From Opitutales bacterium (GTDB lineage Bacteria > Verrucomicrobiota > Verrucomicrobiia > Opitutales > JABSRG01): a stretch of DNA of 64,000 nt. The translations under genes and the position numbers were made by a program. The stretch's first letter is position 1, and each line of letters opens with the position of its first letter. The stretch is from assembly GCA_028280845.1 (NCBI GenBank), contig JANQKZ010000032.1:74490-138489 (forward strand), in the 5' to 3' direction. Positions 10,002 to 19,696 of the stretch are shown in pieces. Below the pieces are notes generated by a model that saw nothing but the letters and a program-made list of their open reading frames with translations, did no database searches and was not told the origin of the DNA.

Positions 10002-10874
10002 ATGACAAACTTGATCTTTCCCGCCTCCGCGGCCCTCTTGTATTCGCTGGCCTCTTTCATCAGTAGAAGAGCACTAGATGAAGGTGCCGGCATTATGCGT
10101 CAGGCGTTTATCGTAAACCAGGTTTTCGTCTTCTGCTTCCTGCCCTTTGCCCTCTTCGATAAACACCCGCCCGACTGGTCCTTATGGGCCTGGCCCCTGC
10201 TCACTGGTTTTTTCTTCTTCTTGGGCCAGGGACTGACCTTTGCCGCCATCCGCACAGGAGACGTCAGCCTGCAAACCCCCATCATGGGAACGAAATCGAT
10301 CTTTGTTGTAATCATTGCCGCAACGGTGGGAGTGGAAGTCATTGGGCTTAAAATCTGGGTGGCGGCTTTCCTCGTGGCGGTCGGCGTCATCCTTCTGGCG
10401 CTACCCAAAAACATCGACCGAAAAAAGCGGAACCACACCCTCCTATTCGCCCTGAGCAGCAGTTTGAGTTTTGCCGTATCTGATGTCCTCGTGTCAGCCC
10501 ACGCTGCGGCCTTTGGCCCCGGGACCTTCCTGCTCATCGCCATGCTCACCTGTGCGCTCCTTTCCTGGAGCCTCGTATATTTCTTTCGCGCCCCACTCAA
10601 AGAAATCTCTTCCAAGGCGTGGCCATGGGTGATCGGGAGTGCGCTCCTCATGGGTGTCCAGGCTGTTCTCCTCAACCAATACATCGCCCAAACCGGGAAA
10701 GTCGCCGAGGCCAACATCATCTATTCGACCCGTGGACTCTGGAGTGTCATCCTCGCGTTGTTCCTTGCCGGAACCATCATCCACCAGAGCGATCAGCTGA
10801 CCCGTTCCGGGGCCATGCAACGGTTCCTCGGGGCCGGGACTATGATGGTCGCCGTGGTTCTGCTATTTGTTTAG
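10002..10874 (+). CDS. DMT/EamA family transporter
   Basis: About 10 hydrophobic helices in two repeats; AAIRTGDVS...PIMGTK motif; start moved to ATG 10002. Confidence 0.85.
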   Translation: MTNLIFPASAALLYSLASFISRRALDEGAGIMRQAFIVNQVFVFCFLPFALFDKHPPDWSLWAWPLLTGFFFFLGQGLTFAAIRTGDVSLQTPIMGTKSIFVVIIAATVGVEVIGLKIWVAAFLVAVGVILLALPKNIDRKKRNHTLLFALSSSLSFAVSDVLVSAHAAAFGPGTFLLIAMLTCALLSWSLVYFFRAPLKEISSKAWPWVIGSALLMGVQAVLLNQYIAQTGKVAEANIIYSTRGLWSVILALFLAGTIIHQSDQLTRSGAMQRFLGAGTMMVAVVLLFV

Positions 10875-10888
10875 AGCTTCTCCACAAC

Positions 10889-12259
10889 ATGAAAGCCTTA
10901 CCCATCCTCCTTACCCTTTGCCTCGCCGCCCCTTTTCCGTCAGGGGCCTTCGGCGAAGCCCGGCCCAACGTCCTCATGGTCTTGGTGGATGATCTCAACG
11001 ACGTCCCGGGCTTCATGCAGGCCTCCCCCGATGCCCAGACCCCCTACATGGACCGCTTGGCCCGATCCGGCATGGTGTTTGGTAAAGCGCATTGCCAATA
11101 CCCCCTCTGTGGACCCTCAAGAGCCAGCTTCATGTCCGGCCTGCTGCCCTCCACCCTCAATTTCACCAGCCACATGAAGGATGCCCAGCTCGAGGCTCGA
11201 GCCCACGAGCTGGGCACCCCGCTGCTCCACACCTACTTCCAGCAACATGGCTACAAGACTCTGGCGGTAGGCAAAATCTGTCACAACCATGTCCCCGAGG
11301 GCAGTGTCCACGCCTCCGGCGGGCGCGGTTCCTTCCGCGAGGGGACCGGCCGGCTCCGCGCCAACTGGCACCAGGAAAACACCAGCACCGACTGGGCCAT
11401 GGCTCCGGAGCAGGATGACCAGCTCCCCGACTACCACGCGGCTCAGTGGGCCGTGGACCGCCTGAACGAACAGCACGACCAGCCCTTCTTCCTCATGGTC
11501 GGCTTCCTCCGACCCCATGTTCCCTGGTACGTGCCCGAGCCCTGGTTCCGAAAGTACCCCGATCCCGCTGCGCTGACCCTGCCTCTCTATCGACCCAACG
11601 ACCTGGAGGACGTCTCCGTCTACGCGCAAAAAATCAGCATCCTCCCCCAATACCCCCGGACTGATTGGGCCATCGAACAGAACCAGTGGAGCCAGATCTT
11701 CCACGCCTACCTCGCCAGCACGAGCTTTGTGGATCACTATGTGGGCCAGGTCCTCCAGGCCCTGGAACAAAGCGCTTATAGCGAGAACACCATCATCGTC
11801 CTCTTCTCGGATCACGGGTACCACCTTGGCGAAAAGAACACCTTTCAAAAACAAACCTTGTGGGAACGCTCCTCCCGGGTGCCCCTCATCATCGCCGGAC
11901 CTACCATCGAGCCCGATCAACGCACCGACCGGGTGGTCAGCTTGCTCGATATCTACCCCACCCTCGTCGAGCTGGCCGGATTACCCCCTAACCCCGCCAA
12001 CGAAGGCCGCAGCCTCCTTCCCCTGCTCCAGGATCCCCAACGGGTCTGGCCCTATCCCGCCATCACCTACTGGGAGGGTAACAACGTCGCCATCCAAACC
12101 GAGCAATTCCGCTACATCCGCTACACGGATGGCTCCGAAGAACTCTACGACCATACCACCGACCCGCATGAATGGAACAATCTCGTGAAGGATCCCGCCT
12201 TCGACACAATCAAGCGACAGCTCATCCCGGCCATTCCAGAAAACGCCTTCACCGACTAG
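10889..12259 (+). CDS. Formylglycine-dependent sulfatase (S1), secreted
   Basis: Signal peptide, PNVLMVLVDDLND, CGPSR, GKICH, RPHVPW, SDHGYHLGEK. Confidence 0.93.
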   Translation: MKALPILLTLCLAAPFPSGAFGEARPNVLMVLVDDLNDVPGFMQASPDAQTPYMDRLARSGMVFGKAHCQYPLCGPSRASFMSGLLPSTLNFTSHMKDAQLEARAHELGTPLLHTYFQQHGYKTLAVGKICHNHVPEGSVHASGGRGSFREGTGRLRANWHQENTSTDWAMAPEQDDQLPDYHAAQWAVDRLNEQHDQPFFLMVGFLRPHVPWYVPEPWFRKYPDPAALTLPLYRPNDLEDVSVYAQKISILPQYPRTDWAIEQNQWSQIFHAYLASTSFVDHYVGQVLQALEQSAYSENTIIVLFSDHGYHLGEKNTFQKQTLWERSSRVPLIIAGPTIEPDQRTDRVVSLLDIYPTLVELAGLPPNPANEGRSLLPLLQDPQRVWPYPAITYWEGNNVAIQTEQFRYIRYTDGSEELYDHTTDPHEWNNLVKDPAFDTIKRQLIPAIPENAFTD

Positions 12260-12354
12260 AGGTTTCTCAAAATCCGCAGCCTGTCCCGAAGCCCCCCAAG
12301 CGGAATCACAAAGGGCGCGTTTTTCGTTTCATAAGCAAGCGGGAAATCCTGTTT

Positions 12355-14700
12355 TCAAAGCTCACGAATCCAAATGTTTCGAAACTCCACAGGGTGGCTT
12401 TCTCCCTTCAAGGCAAGGGGCAGTTTATCTTCGTGTGCCTGGTAAGGTTTGATCTTCCTGTGCGCCGTTGGGCCAAGGATTTCGGTGTCATCCTGGACCA
12501 GGATCCCATTGTGGAAGACGGTCACATGGGCAGGCTCCAGGAGTTCTCCATCTTTAAACCGGGGAGCCCGGAAAATGATGTCATAACTCTGCCATGCTCC
12601 GGGAGCACGACTCGCATTTACCAGGGGAGGGGCCTGCCCATACACGGATGCCGCCGATCCATCGGGGTAGATTTTTGATGAGTAGGAGTCATACACCTGG
12701 ACCTCATAAAGGCCCATGAGGACGATTCCACTATTGCCCAGGCGACCCAAGCCCGTTGCCAAACTGGGCGGATTCGGCGTCCGCCATTCTACACGAAGCT
12801 GGCAATCACCAAAGCGCCCTTTGGTTTCCAGAAACTGATCCCCGGCGATTAACACATTACCCCGAATGGTCCAGCCACCGCTGTTTTCAAATTGGTCCAT
12901 AGATGAGCCATCAAAGATGACGACTGCGTCCGAAGGTGCTTCCATTATCCCCTGTGACTCGGGGGGGATCACCCGGGGTGGCTGCGGGCGATTCACATCG
13001 TGCAACCGGTACTCCGAGCCTGGAATAGTCAATGGCTGCTTCTCCTTAAACCCTGGATGCTCGAAAATAAACCAACCCACCTCGCCCGACGCGATGATCT
13101 CTCGAGGGGTGACCTCTGGGCCTAAACCGGTTGGCGAGTATCGGCGGGACTTCGCCAGGACGACCTTATCAATCTCTATCCCGTCCTCCCGCATCCAGAT
13201 ATTCAAGGTAGCGGGTCCTGCTTCCGTTATCTCTATGGTAGGCCGAGGGCCATCCTTACTCCGGCTATCCCAAAGCCATTCCTTAGAATCATTCTCCATC
13301 CGGTCGGCCGTATCCACGGGTAACCCATTCAATCCAACGTGATAGGAGTTTGCATATACGTTTTCCCCTTTTGCGCGCGTCCACACATAATACGAGCCAG
13401 GTTCTGAAAAATGAATTCGGTAATCCAGCTTTGGGCTATCCCGATAAGGATCCCAGGTCATGAAATCTGTATCCCGGTCTCCCTTCGAGGCGGAGCCACT
13501 GACCAAGTCTGGTAGCGCCTGAACCTTATAGCCTCCCGAGGCCGTTTCGTCTTCAACGAGGAGCCATTCGTGCTTTCCCCCGGGAATACTGGCGTCGAAA
13601 TCTTCAGCCTCAATCGCAATGATTCCCTCTTGAGAGGATGCCTGTTCAATCCGTGGCTTTTCCGGCGGCGGGTTAAATTGAAACAGGTAGACGTAGCCTT
13701 CATCGCCACTTGCCGCCACCAGGTTGTCCGGGTTCACTGCTAGAAATTCCACTTGTCGGCTATACTCCTGACCCTGTGCCCAGCCTACCAGAGACCAATC
13801 GTCCACCCGCCAAACCCGAATCACCCCATCATAAGGCCCACCGGTGAAGACATATTTTCCGTCGGCACTCCACTCCACCGCTTCGATGTTGGGCTGATTT
13901 CCATCGTCATCATCGCCGGGAAGGGCCACAGCATCCGAATCATGCTGCAGGTCGGCGACCAACCGTCCGGTTTCCACCTCATAGATTCGGCAACGCTGCT
14001 TTTGTCCCGCCACCGCAAAATAGCGGGTATCCGGTGAGAAACGGACGGACTTCACACGGTCTATCCCAAAATCCACCTGATACAATGGCTTCCAATCGAT
14101 ACTTCGCGTCACGATGGCGGCCGCCCCATCACTCCCGGTTAACAACAGGGAACTGTCCGCGGACCAATCAATGGAATTGCATTCCCACCGTGTCGGATGG
14201 GGAATTTCCACCAGTTTCTCGAAGTCCGGCAAGCTGTAAACCACGGCCAATTGGTTTTCAGCCACCGCCACCCACTTTCCATTGGGCGAGAAGGCCGCCC
14301 CATCCGTATTGGCCCCCCGGCCTAAATTCTTCACCATCTCGCCAGTAGATAAGTCCCATATCTTGGCTCCGGTATCATTCATCCCGGTTAGCATCCATTG
14401 GTCATCCGGCGAAAAGGTGATCGCGTTCGTCTCGCCCCCACTTCCATTTACATCCGTCTCACTATGCCTAACGGTGAACACCAAAGCACCGTCCGCCACC
14501 CGAAAGAGTTTGGTCAACCCTGAGTTGTCACTGGCGGCAATGATATCCCCCGCCCAGTTAAACTGACAACCATCCGAGGCACCGGCTGCGCCATCCTCGT
14601 CGACTTTTATTTTCCTGACTAACTCCAGCGTCGGTTTCGCCTGGGCGAAGGCAATCCAGGGGATAACAAACAGGGCAACTATTGAGGTATATATTTTCAT
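12355..14700 (-). CDS. Secreted multidomain protein: WD40 propeller, CBM-like jelly roll, DUF1080
   Basis: Signal peptide MKIYTSIVALF; WD-type repeats (FSPDDQW..AKIWD, IRVWR); IAIEAEDF...WMREDGIEIDKVVL module; C-terminal APSDAVVIFDG...GNSG...YEVQV...VEFRNIW. Confidence 0.85.
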   Translation of the reverse strand: MKIYTSIVALFVIPWIAFAQAKPTLELVRKIKVDEDGAAGASDGCQFNWAGDIIAASDNSGLTKLFRVADGALVFTVRHSETDVNGSGGETNAITFSPDDQWMLTGMNDTGAKIWDLSTGEMVKNLGRGANTDGAAFSPNGKWVAVAENQLAVVYSLPDFEKLVEIPHPTRWECNSIDWSADSSLLLTGSDGAAAIVTRSIDWKPLYQVDFGIDRVKSVRFSPDTRYFAVAGQKQRCRIYEVETGRLVADLQHDSDAVALPGDDDDGNQPNIEAVEWSADGKYVFTGGPYDGVIRVWRVDDWSLVGWAQGQEYSRQVEFLAVNPDNLVAASGDEGYVYLFQFNPPPEKPRIEQASSQEGIIAIEAEDFDASIPGGKHEWLLVEDETASGGYKVQALPDLVSGSASKGDRDTDFMTWDPYRDSPKLDYRIHFSEPGSYYVWTRAKGENVYANSYHVGLNGLPVDTADRMENDSKEWLWDSRSKDGPRPTIEITEAGPATLNIWMREDGIEIDKVVLAKSRRYSPTGLGPEVTPREIIASGEVGWFIFEHPGFKEKQPLTIPGSEYRLHDVNRPQPPRVIPPESQGIMEAPSDAVVIFDGSSMDQFENSGGWTIRGNVLIAGDQFLETKGRFGDCQLRVEWRTPNPPSLATGLGRLGNSGIVLMGLYEVQVYDSYSSKIYPDGSAASVYGQAPPLVNASRAPGAWQSYDIIFRAPRFKDGELLEPAHVTVFHNGILVQDDTEILGPTAHRKIKPYQAHEDKLPLALKGESHPVEFRNIWIREL

Positions 14701-14722
14701 TCTGAAGGTGGGGTCTTGGGGG

Positions 14723-16306
14723 TTATTGAAGCCAACTTGGGACGGAATCCTCCGCCAGCCAGGCCTCCACGCGTCGATCATGCCGATCACCCTCCCAGGT
14801 ATCCGTTCCCGCCGGCAGCGCATCATGAGCAGGCAACCATTGTCGATGGGCCTCAATGACCTCGGCATAAGCCGGATTCCCGGCGAGGTTGATATGCTCT
14901 CCAGGATCCCTGCGGTGATCGTAAAGCTCCTCCGTGCCATCCCGGTAGCGGATGTATCGCCAGTCATTACTGCGGACCGAATGATTCCGGTAATACCAGG
15001 TGCTCAGGACAGGGCGGTCCCACGAGGAAACCTTCCCTTCAATAAAGGGAACCAGCGAAACTCCTTCATTCTTCGGAGCTGGGGGGAGCTGGCTGAGCTC
15101 CACCAGCGTAGGATAGAGATCCAACAAACTGACCACCTGGTCCACCCGTTGTCCGGGGCTGACCTGGCTGGGTGCTTTGATCACCAGGGGAACCTTGGTG
15201 GATTCCTCCCATAAGGATTGCTTTCGCCAATGCTTTTTTTCTCCAAGGTGCTGCCCGTGGTCCGACCACAACACGACAATGGTGTTATCGGCATGAGGAC
15301 TCTTTTCCAGGGCAGTCAGCACTTTGCCAAGCTCATGATCCACAAAGGAGATACAGGCCAGATAACCATAAACCAACTCCTGCCAATAGGTATCGCTCAG
15401 GCTGACCACGGCGTTATGGTCCCCGATTTTTATCGTCCCATAAGCGATAGATTTCCCCAGGAGCGGGATATCCGACATCTCATCGTCCGGCACATCCGGT
15501 ATCTGGATGGAGTCCAGATCGTAGAGGTCAAAAAACTCCTTCGGCGCGGTGTAAGGGACATGGGGCCGCACAAAACCCACAGCGAGAAAGAAGGGTTGGT
15601 CATGGTCCTTTTCCAGCTGATTGACCGCCCATTCCGAGATGAGCTCGTCAAACATCTTACCTCCCGGCATATCTTCCCGGTCCAGTGCACCCCAACAGAG
15701 GGAGTGCCCGTCGGCAAAGTCCGCTCCGTAATGATTCACGATCTGGCTCCCCGCTTTAGGGAAGGGATAAAACTTGGTCCCACCATACCCATCTCCCCGG
15801 TCCCTCAGGTCTTTCGGCACCTTGTAATCCGGGGCGACCTCATCCCAGAAGTCATCCGTCCGCTCGGGATGATCCGACACCCCCCGATGGTAGATTTTCC
15901 CCACCGCCATGGTCTTGTAGCCGTTATCTTTGAAGTATTGGGAAAGCATCTTGTGGGTTCCCATGACCTGATCGTAGGTCTTCCGCATGCTGGATATGGA
16001 GGTGTACCACCCTGTCGTGCTCGGGTGAAGGCCGCTCAAGAGGGACGTGCGCGAAGCAAAACAAACCGCCTGAGAACAGTGGGCATTGGTGAACAACACC
16101 CCTTGATCCATGAGCCGGTCCATATTTGGGGTGATCGCTTGCGGATGTCCCTCCATGGCGCCGATCCAATCGTTTAAATCGTCAATCGCGATAAAGAGCA
16201 CATTGGGCCGCTCTGGCAGGTCCGCTTGCGCCCAGGAAGTGGCAGGAAGGCTGCCAAGCAGCAACAAGGAAGACAGAACATAGCGTGGGTTCATCAAAAG
16301 ACTCAT
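14723..16306 (-). CDS. Formylglycine-dependent sulfatase (S1), CxAxR variant, secreted
   Basis: PNVLFIAIDDLNDW, CFASR, GKIYH, RPHVP, SDHG, WRKQSLWE; start may be 16294. Confidence 0.92.
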   Translation of the reverse strand: MSLLMNPRYVLSSLLLLGSLPATSWAQADLPERPNVLFIAIDDLNDWIGAMEGHPQAITPNMDRLMDQGVLFTNAHCSQAVCFASRTSLLSGLHPSTTGWYTSISSMRKTYDQVMGTHKMLSQYFKDNGYKTMAVGKIYHRGVSDHPERTDDFWDEVAPDYKVPKDLRDRGDGYGGTKFYPFPKAGSQIVNHYGADFADGHSLCWGALDREDMPGGKMFDELISEWAVNQLEKDHDQPFFLAVGFVRPHVPYTAPKEFFDLYDLDSIQIPDVPDDEMSDIPLLGKSIAYGTIKIGDHNAVVSLSDTYWQELVYGYLACISFVDHELGKVLTALEKSPHADNTIVVLWSDHGQHLGEKKHWRKQSLWEESTKVPLVIKAPSQVSPGQRVDQVVSLLDLYPTLVELSQLPPAPKNEGVSLVPFIEGKVSSWDRPVLSTWYYRNHSVRSNDWRYIRYRDGTEELYDHRRDPGEHINLAGNPAYAEVIEAHRQWLPAHDALPAGTDTWEGDRHDRRVEAWLAEDSVPSWLQ

Positions 16307-16530
16307 GGGTTAAAAGAAACTTCGTGGTAGAGTTGGCCATCGCTTCCCATCCGCTCGTCGATCGAAGTAGACCGAGCCCAAATGATCGCCGTGGTGTCGC
16401 TCATCTCACCAACCCTTATTTCAGTCCCCTGAAAAGGGGGCTCCTCCACCTTCGCAAGCAAAAGGAAGGGAAAAAATACTATAGGAATAACAGGCAAGAG
16501 CGAGTCAACGCCTCGGGAACACGGCTTCAT
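16303..16530 (-). pseudogene. PhoD-family phosphatase remnant: N-terminus joined to probable C-terminus
   Basis: PPFQGTEIRVGEMSDTTAIIWARST aligns with GPFLGNGVKIGEVDQNSAILWVRLT of the PhoD at 45291-46754; ends HEVSFNP versus HREVLGNP; catalytic core absent. Confidence 0.65.
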
Positions 16531-16605
16531 CGGTTGGGGGGAAGTTGGGGAACTGAACAACGCCAACATGCTTATACCGATCGCATGGGGTCAACGCCGA
16601 CCGAC

Positions 16606-16619
16606 CGTGACGCGTCACA
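16606..16619. promoter_or_regulatory. Palindromic operator copy 1 (CGTGACGCGTCACA)
   Basis: Lies in the divergent region between the sulfatase operon and GH2; matches copies at 26966 and 31841. Confidence 0.65.
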
Positions 16620-16719
16620 ACCGCCCGAGCTTGAAGTAAAGTAAGGGAATGATTGAAAGTCTCCCCTGCACAAATAGTAAGATGGGATCCAACCTTACCC
16701 ATCCGATTCGGCTATCCCC

Positions 16720-19602
16720 ATGAATGTCCTACAACGTGTGCTCATCCTGGCTTGGGGAGGAACCTTCCTCCTGTTTCCAGACCTCAACGCGGTGACCGAG
16801 GAGCGGTCGACCTACCAGACCCAGAGAATGTATCTCTCGGGAAAAGGCCCTTCCGTTGCCATCCCATGGGAATTCTTTTCTACCACGGGCCAAAACAGCG
16901 GAGAATGGACCACCATTCCGGTTCCATCGAATTGGGAACAGGAGGGGTTTGGCGGGCTTAATTATGGACATGACGACCCAGATGGAAAGCACGCGGAGGT
17001 GGGCATCTACCGCACGCGCTTCCGCGTTCCAGAAGCATGGAAGGAGATGTTGGTCCGTCTCGTCATCGAAGCCTCCATGACCGAGACCTCGGTCAAGGTA
17101 AACGGGCAACCTGTCGGTGCCCTTCAACAGGGGGGCTACCAGAAAATCCAGATCAACTTAAACCCGGAGAAAAACGATTCCCTTCTCTACGGCGCCGAAA
17201 ATGAGCTGGAAATCACCGTGGCCAAAAAACCCTCCAACCGCAGCCTGGATATCTCCGAAAGAAAGGCCGATTACTGGGTGTTTGGCGGTATTTACCGACC
17301 GGTATACCTCGAAATCTCCCCACGGACCCTGATTCATCGGGTCGCTATCGATGCCCGAGCCGATGGTCACTTCGAAATGGATGTGTTTCCTCAGGTACAT
17401 CGACCCAAACTCCGGGATCCTTCTGCCCAAAACCGGGTGGACGCCATCAGGGCGACCCTGGAGACGCTTGACGGGCAGCCCATCGCTCCCGCCATGTCCA
17501 GCCCGTTATCGGGCCATGGAGCAGCCCGGGTGACTTTGGAAACTCAAGTGGATACCCCTCGGCTCTGGTCCCCCGAGTTCCCCAACCTGTACCAGGTCAG
17601 GACCCAACTGCTCATGGAAGGCGAAATCCTGCATGAAGTCGTGAACCGGTTTGGATTCCGAACATTCGAATTGAGACCGGGAGATGGCCTCTATCTCAAC
17701 AACCGCAAACTCAAGATCCGGGGCATCAATCGCAATGGTTTTCGCCCCGATACGGCGCGTGCCCTCGACCCCGAAGACGCCTGGGAGGATGCCCGGGCTA
17801 TCAAGGCGATGAATGCCAACCTGGTGCGCGCTCACTTGCCCCCTACCAAGGCCTTTCTCGAAGCTTGTGATCAACTCGGTTTGTTGTTCATTCTCGAATT
17901 GACCAATTGGCAGGCTCCCGCCACCGACCCGCTGATTGCGAGAAACATCGCCTATGCGTTGGTCACGGATTACCAGAATTATCCCAGCGTGGTCTTCTGG
18001 GCGAATGGAAACGAGGGTGGATTCTCCCGGGAGGTGGATGATCTCTTCGCCCTTATCGATAAGCAGGGCAGGCCCGTGCTCCATCCCTGGGCCTTGTTCG
18101 ACCGGATCAATACTTACCACTACCCGTCCTATGACCAACTCGCCACGCTCTTGCAGCAGGAAGAAGTCGTCCTGCCCACCGAGGCCCTGCACGGGCTCTA
18201 CGATGGCGGCCATGGCGCTGGCCTGGAAGACTTCTGGACCCTCTCCCTGGAGTCCGAGCAATCCGCCGGTCTGGTCCTCTGGTGCTGGGCGGATGCCGCC
18301 ATCCAACGACTCGATCGAGGTGGAGAGTTGGATACCGACGGGGATCACTCCGCCGACGGCATCGTAGGCCCCTATGGGAAGAAGGAAGGCAGCTACTATA
18401 CCGTCCGGGAAATCTGGTCCCCGGTTCAGGTGGCCAGTGAATTCAGTCTCCAGAATTTTGATGGATCGGTGCCCGTTGAGAACCGGTTTCTCGAAACAGA
18501 CCTGAACCAATGCTCCTTCCACTGGAAACTCATTCAAGTCTCCGCTCCGGTTGGAGGCCCTGCCTCCACTGCAGTGCTGAGCCAAGGCTCAGCTGAAGCG
18601 GGCTCCATCCCACCCGGATCGTCCGGGGAAGTCACCCTCCCCCTCCCGGCAGACTGGGATCAGGCCCACGCCCTTGAGTGGATTGCTTCGGATCCCCACG
18701 GCCGTGAGCTCATGAACTGGGTTTGGAAAATCCAGGAAGCGCCTAAACCTAAATTAACCTCCCTCAACCAGCCTCGCCTGTCCAGCAGCCATCACTTCAC
18801 GGTGCATCAGGGCTCCCGGGTCTGGTCCTTTTCCCCAAAGAATGGGCGCCTTCTCGCTGTCTCCGACAATGGAAAGCGATTGGGACTTGGCAATGGGCCC
18901 GTCCGCCTTGCCGCCGATTCCACCGGACAAGCCATCCCGAGTCCTTCCGAATGGCACGTGGAGGCCAGGGAGCGACCCAACGCAGTCACCATTCAGGCGA
19001 GATCTATCACGGACCGATCTTCGTTTATCTGGACCGTCCGCGAAGATGGCGGGGTAACCTTGGAATATGATTTCCAGACCGGCGAAGAACTCTATTCCCA
19101 TCTCGCCATTGGGTTCGACCTCCCAAAAGAGTCCGTCATTTCCAAAAGCTGGTTGGGCGACGGTCCTTTCAGAATCTGGAACAACCGGCGCAAGGGTCCC
19201 CGCTACGGTCTTTGGGAAAACACCTACAATAATGGGCTCAGCGGTTACATGGGACATTGGCAGATCCCGGAATTCAAGGGAGTCTTCGGCAATGTGGATT
19301 GGATGAAGCTGGAACTGAAATCGAGACTGTCCTTACTCCTGGAAACCGAGACCATCCGCGACATTGGGGTGCTGCGCCCTTTCCATCCCACCTTTAAACG
19401 GGCATCCTGGAGCTACCCCGACTCAGGCGGCCTGTTTGTCTTTCATGTGGTTCCTTCAGTCGGCACCAAGTTCAAACCAGCCGAGGAATTAGGCCCACAA
19501 TCTATGCCTCAATCGGTTTCCTCAATGAACGGGGTGCTGCATTTTCACCTCTTCCCAGAGAATAAGCGGGGAGCCTCTGGCCACGGAGTAGCTTTAAAAT
19601 GA
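16720..19602 (+). CDS. Glycoside hydrolase family 2 (beta-galactosidase/glucuronidase-like), secreted
   Basis: IPVPSNWE, DYWVFGGIYRPV, LWSPEFPNLY, FGFR, KAMNANLVR, WANGNE (acid/base), PTEALHG (probable nucleophile). Confidence 0.92.
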   Translation: MNVLQRVLILAWGGTFLLFPDLNAVTEERSTYQTQRMYLSGKGPSVAIPWEFFSTTGQNSGEWTTIPVPSNWEQEGFGGLNYGHDDPDGKHAEVGIYRTRFRVPEAWKEMLVRLVIEASMTETSVKVNGQPVGALQQGGYQKIQINLNPEKNDSLLYGAENELEITVAKKPSNRSLDISERKADYWVFGGIYRPVYLEISPRTLIHRVAIDARADGHFEMDVFPQVHRPKLRDPSAQNRVDAIRATLETLDGQPIAPAMSSPLSGHGAARVTLETQVDTPRLWSPEFPNLYQVRTQLLMEGEILHEVVNRFGFRTFELRPGDGLYLNNRKLKIRGINRNGFRPDTARALDPEDAWEDARAIKAMNANLVRAHLPPTKAFLEACDQLGLLFILELTNWQAPATDPLIARNIAYALVTDYQNYPSVVFWANGNEGGFSREVDDLFALIDKQGRPVLHPWALFDRINTYHYPSYDQLATLLQQEEVVLPTEALHGLYDGGHGAGLEDFWTLSLESEQSAGLVLWCWADAAIQRLDRGGELDTDGDHSADGIVGPYGKKEGSYYTVREIWSPVQVASEFSLQNFDGSVPVENRFLETDLNQCSFHWKLIQVSAPVGGPASTAVLSQGSAEAGSIPPGSSGEVTLPLPADWDQAHALEWIASDPHGRELMNWVWKIQEAPKPKLTSLNQPRLSSSHHFTVHQGSRVWSFSPKNGRLLAVSDNGKRLGLGNGPVRLAADSTGQAIPSPSEWHVEARERPNAVTIQARSITDRSSFIWTVREDGGVTLEYDFQTGEELYSHLAIGFDLPKESVISKSWLGDGPFRIWNNRRKGPRYGLWENTYNNGLSGYMGHWQIPEFKGVFGNVDWMKLELKSRLSLLLETETIRDIGVLRPFHPTFKRASWSYPDSGGLFVFHVVPSVGTKFKPAEELGPQSMPQSVSSMNGVLHFHLFPENKRGASGHGVALK

Positions 19603-19696
19603 GCCCGCGATTACCTCCTCATCTTCCTCCACCGGGTTCTGCAGCCATTTGCCCTTTTCCAGATTTCGTGAATGTTTTCAGAAGCAGAATCTCCAT

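Noticed and set aside
14701-14967. N-terminal extensions in the ORF track (also upstream of 555, 2777, 10002, 10889, 40712, 61312)
   Set aside because: They overlap neighbouring genes or spacers, and signal peptides or domain starts begin at the downstream codons.
15218-16177. Long antisense ORFs (also 17506-18585, 28016-29089, 35010-36200, 41840-43228, 51116-52267, 62150-63070)
   Set aside because: Each shadows a motif-rich gene on the opposite strand and has no recognisable motifs, as expected in GC-rich coding DNA.
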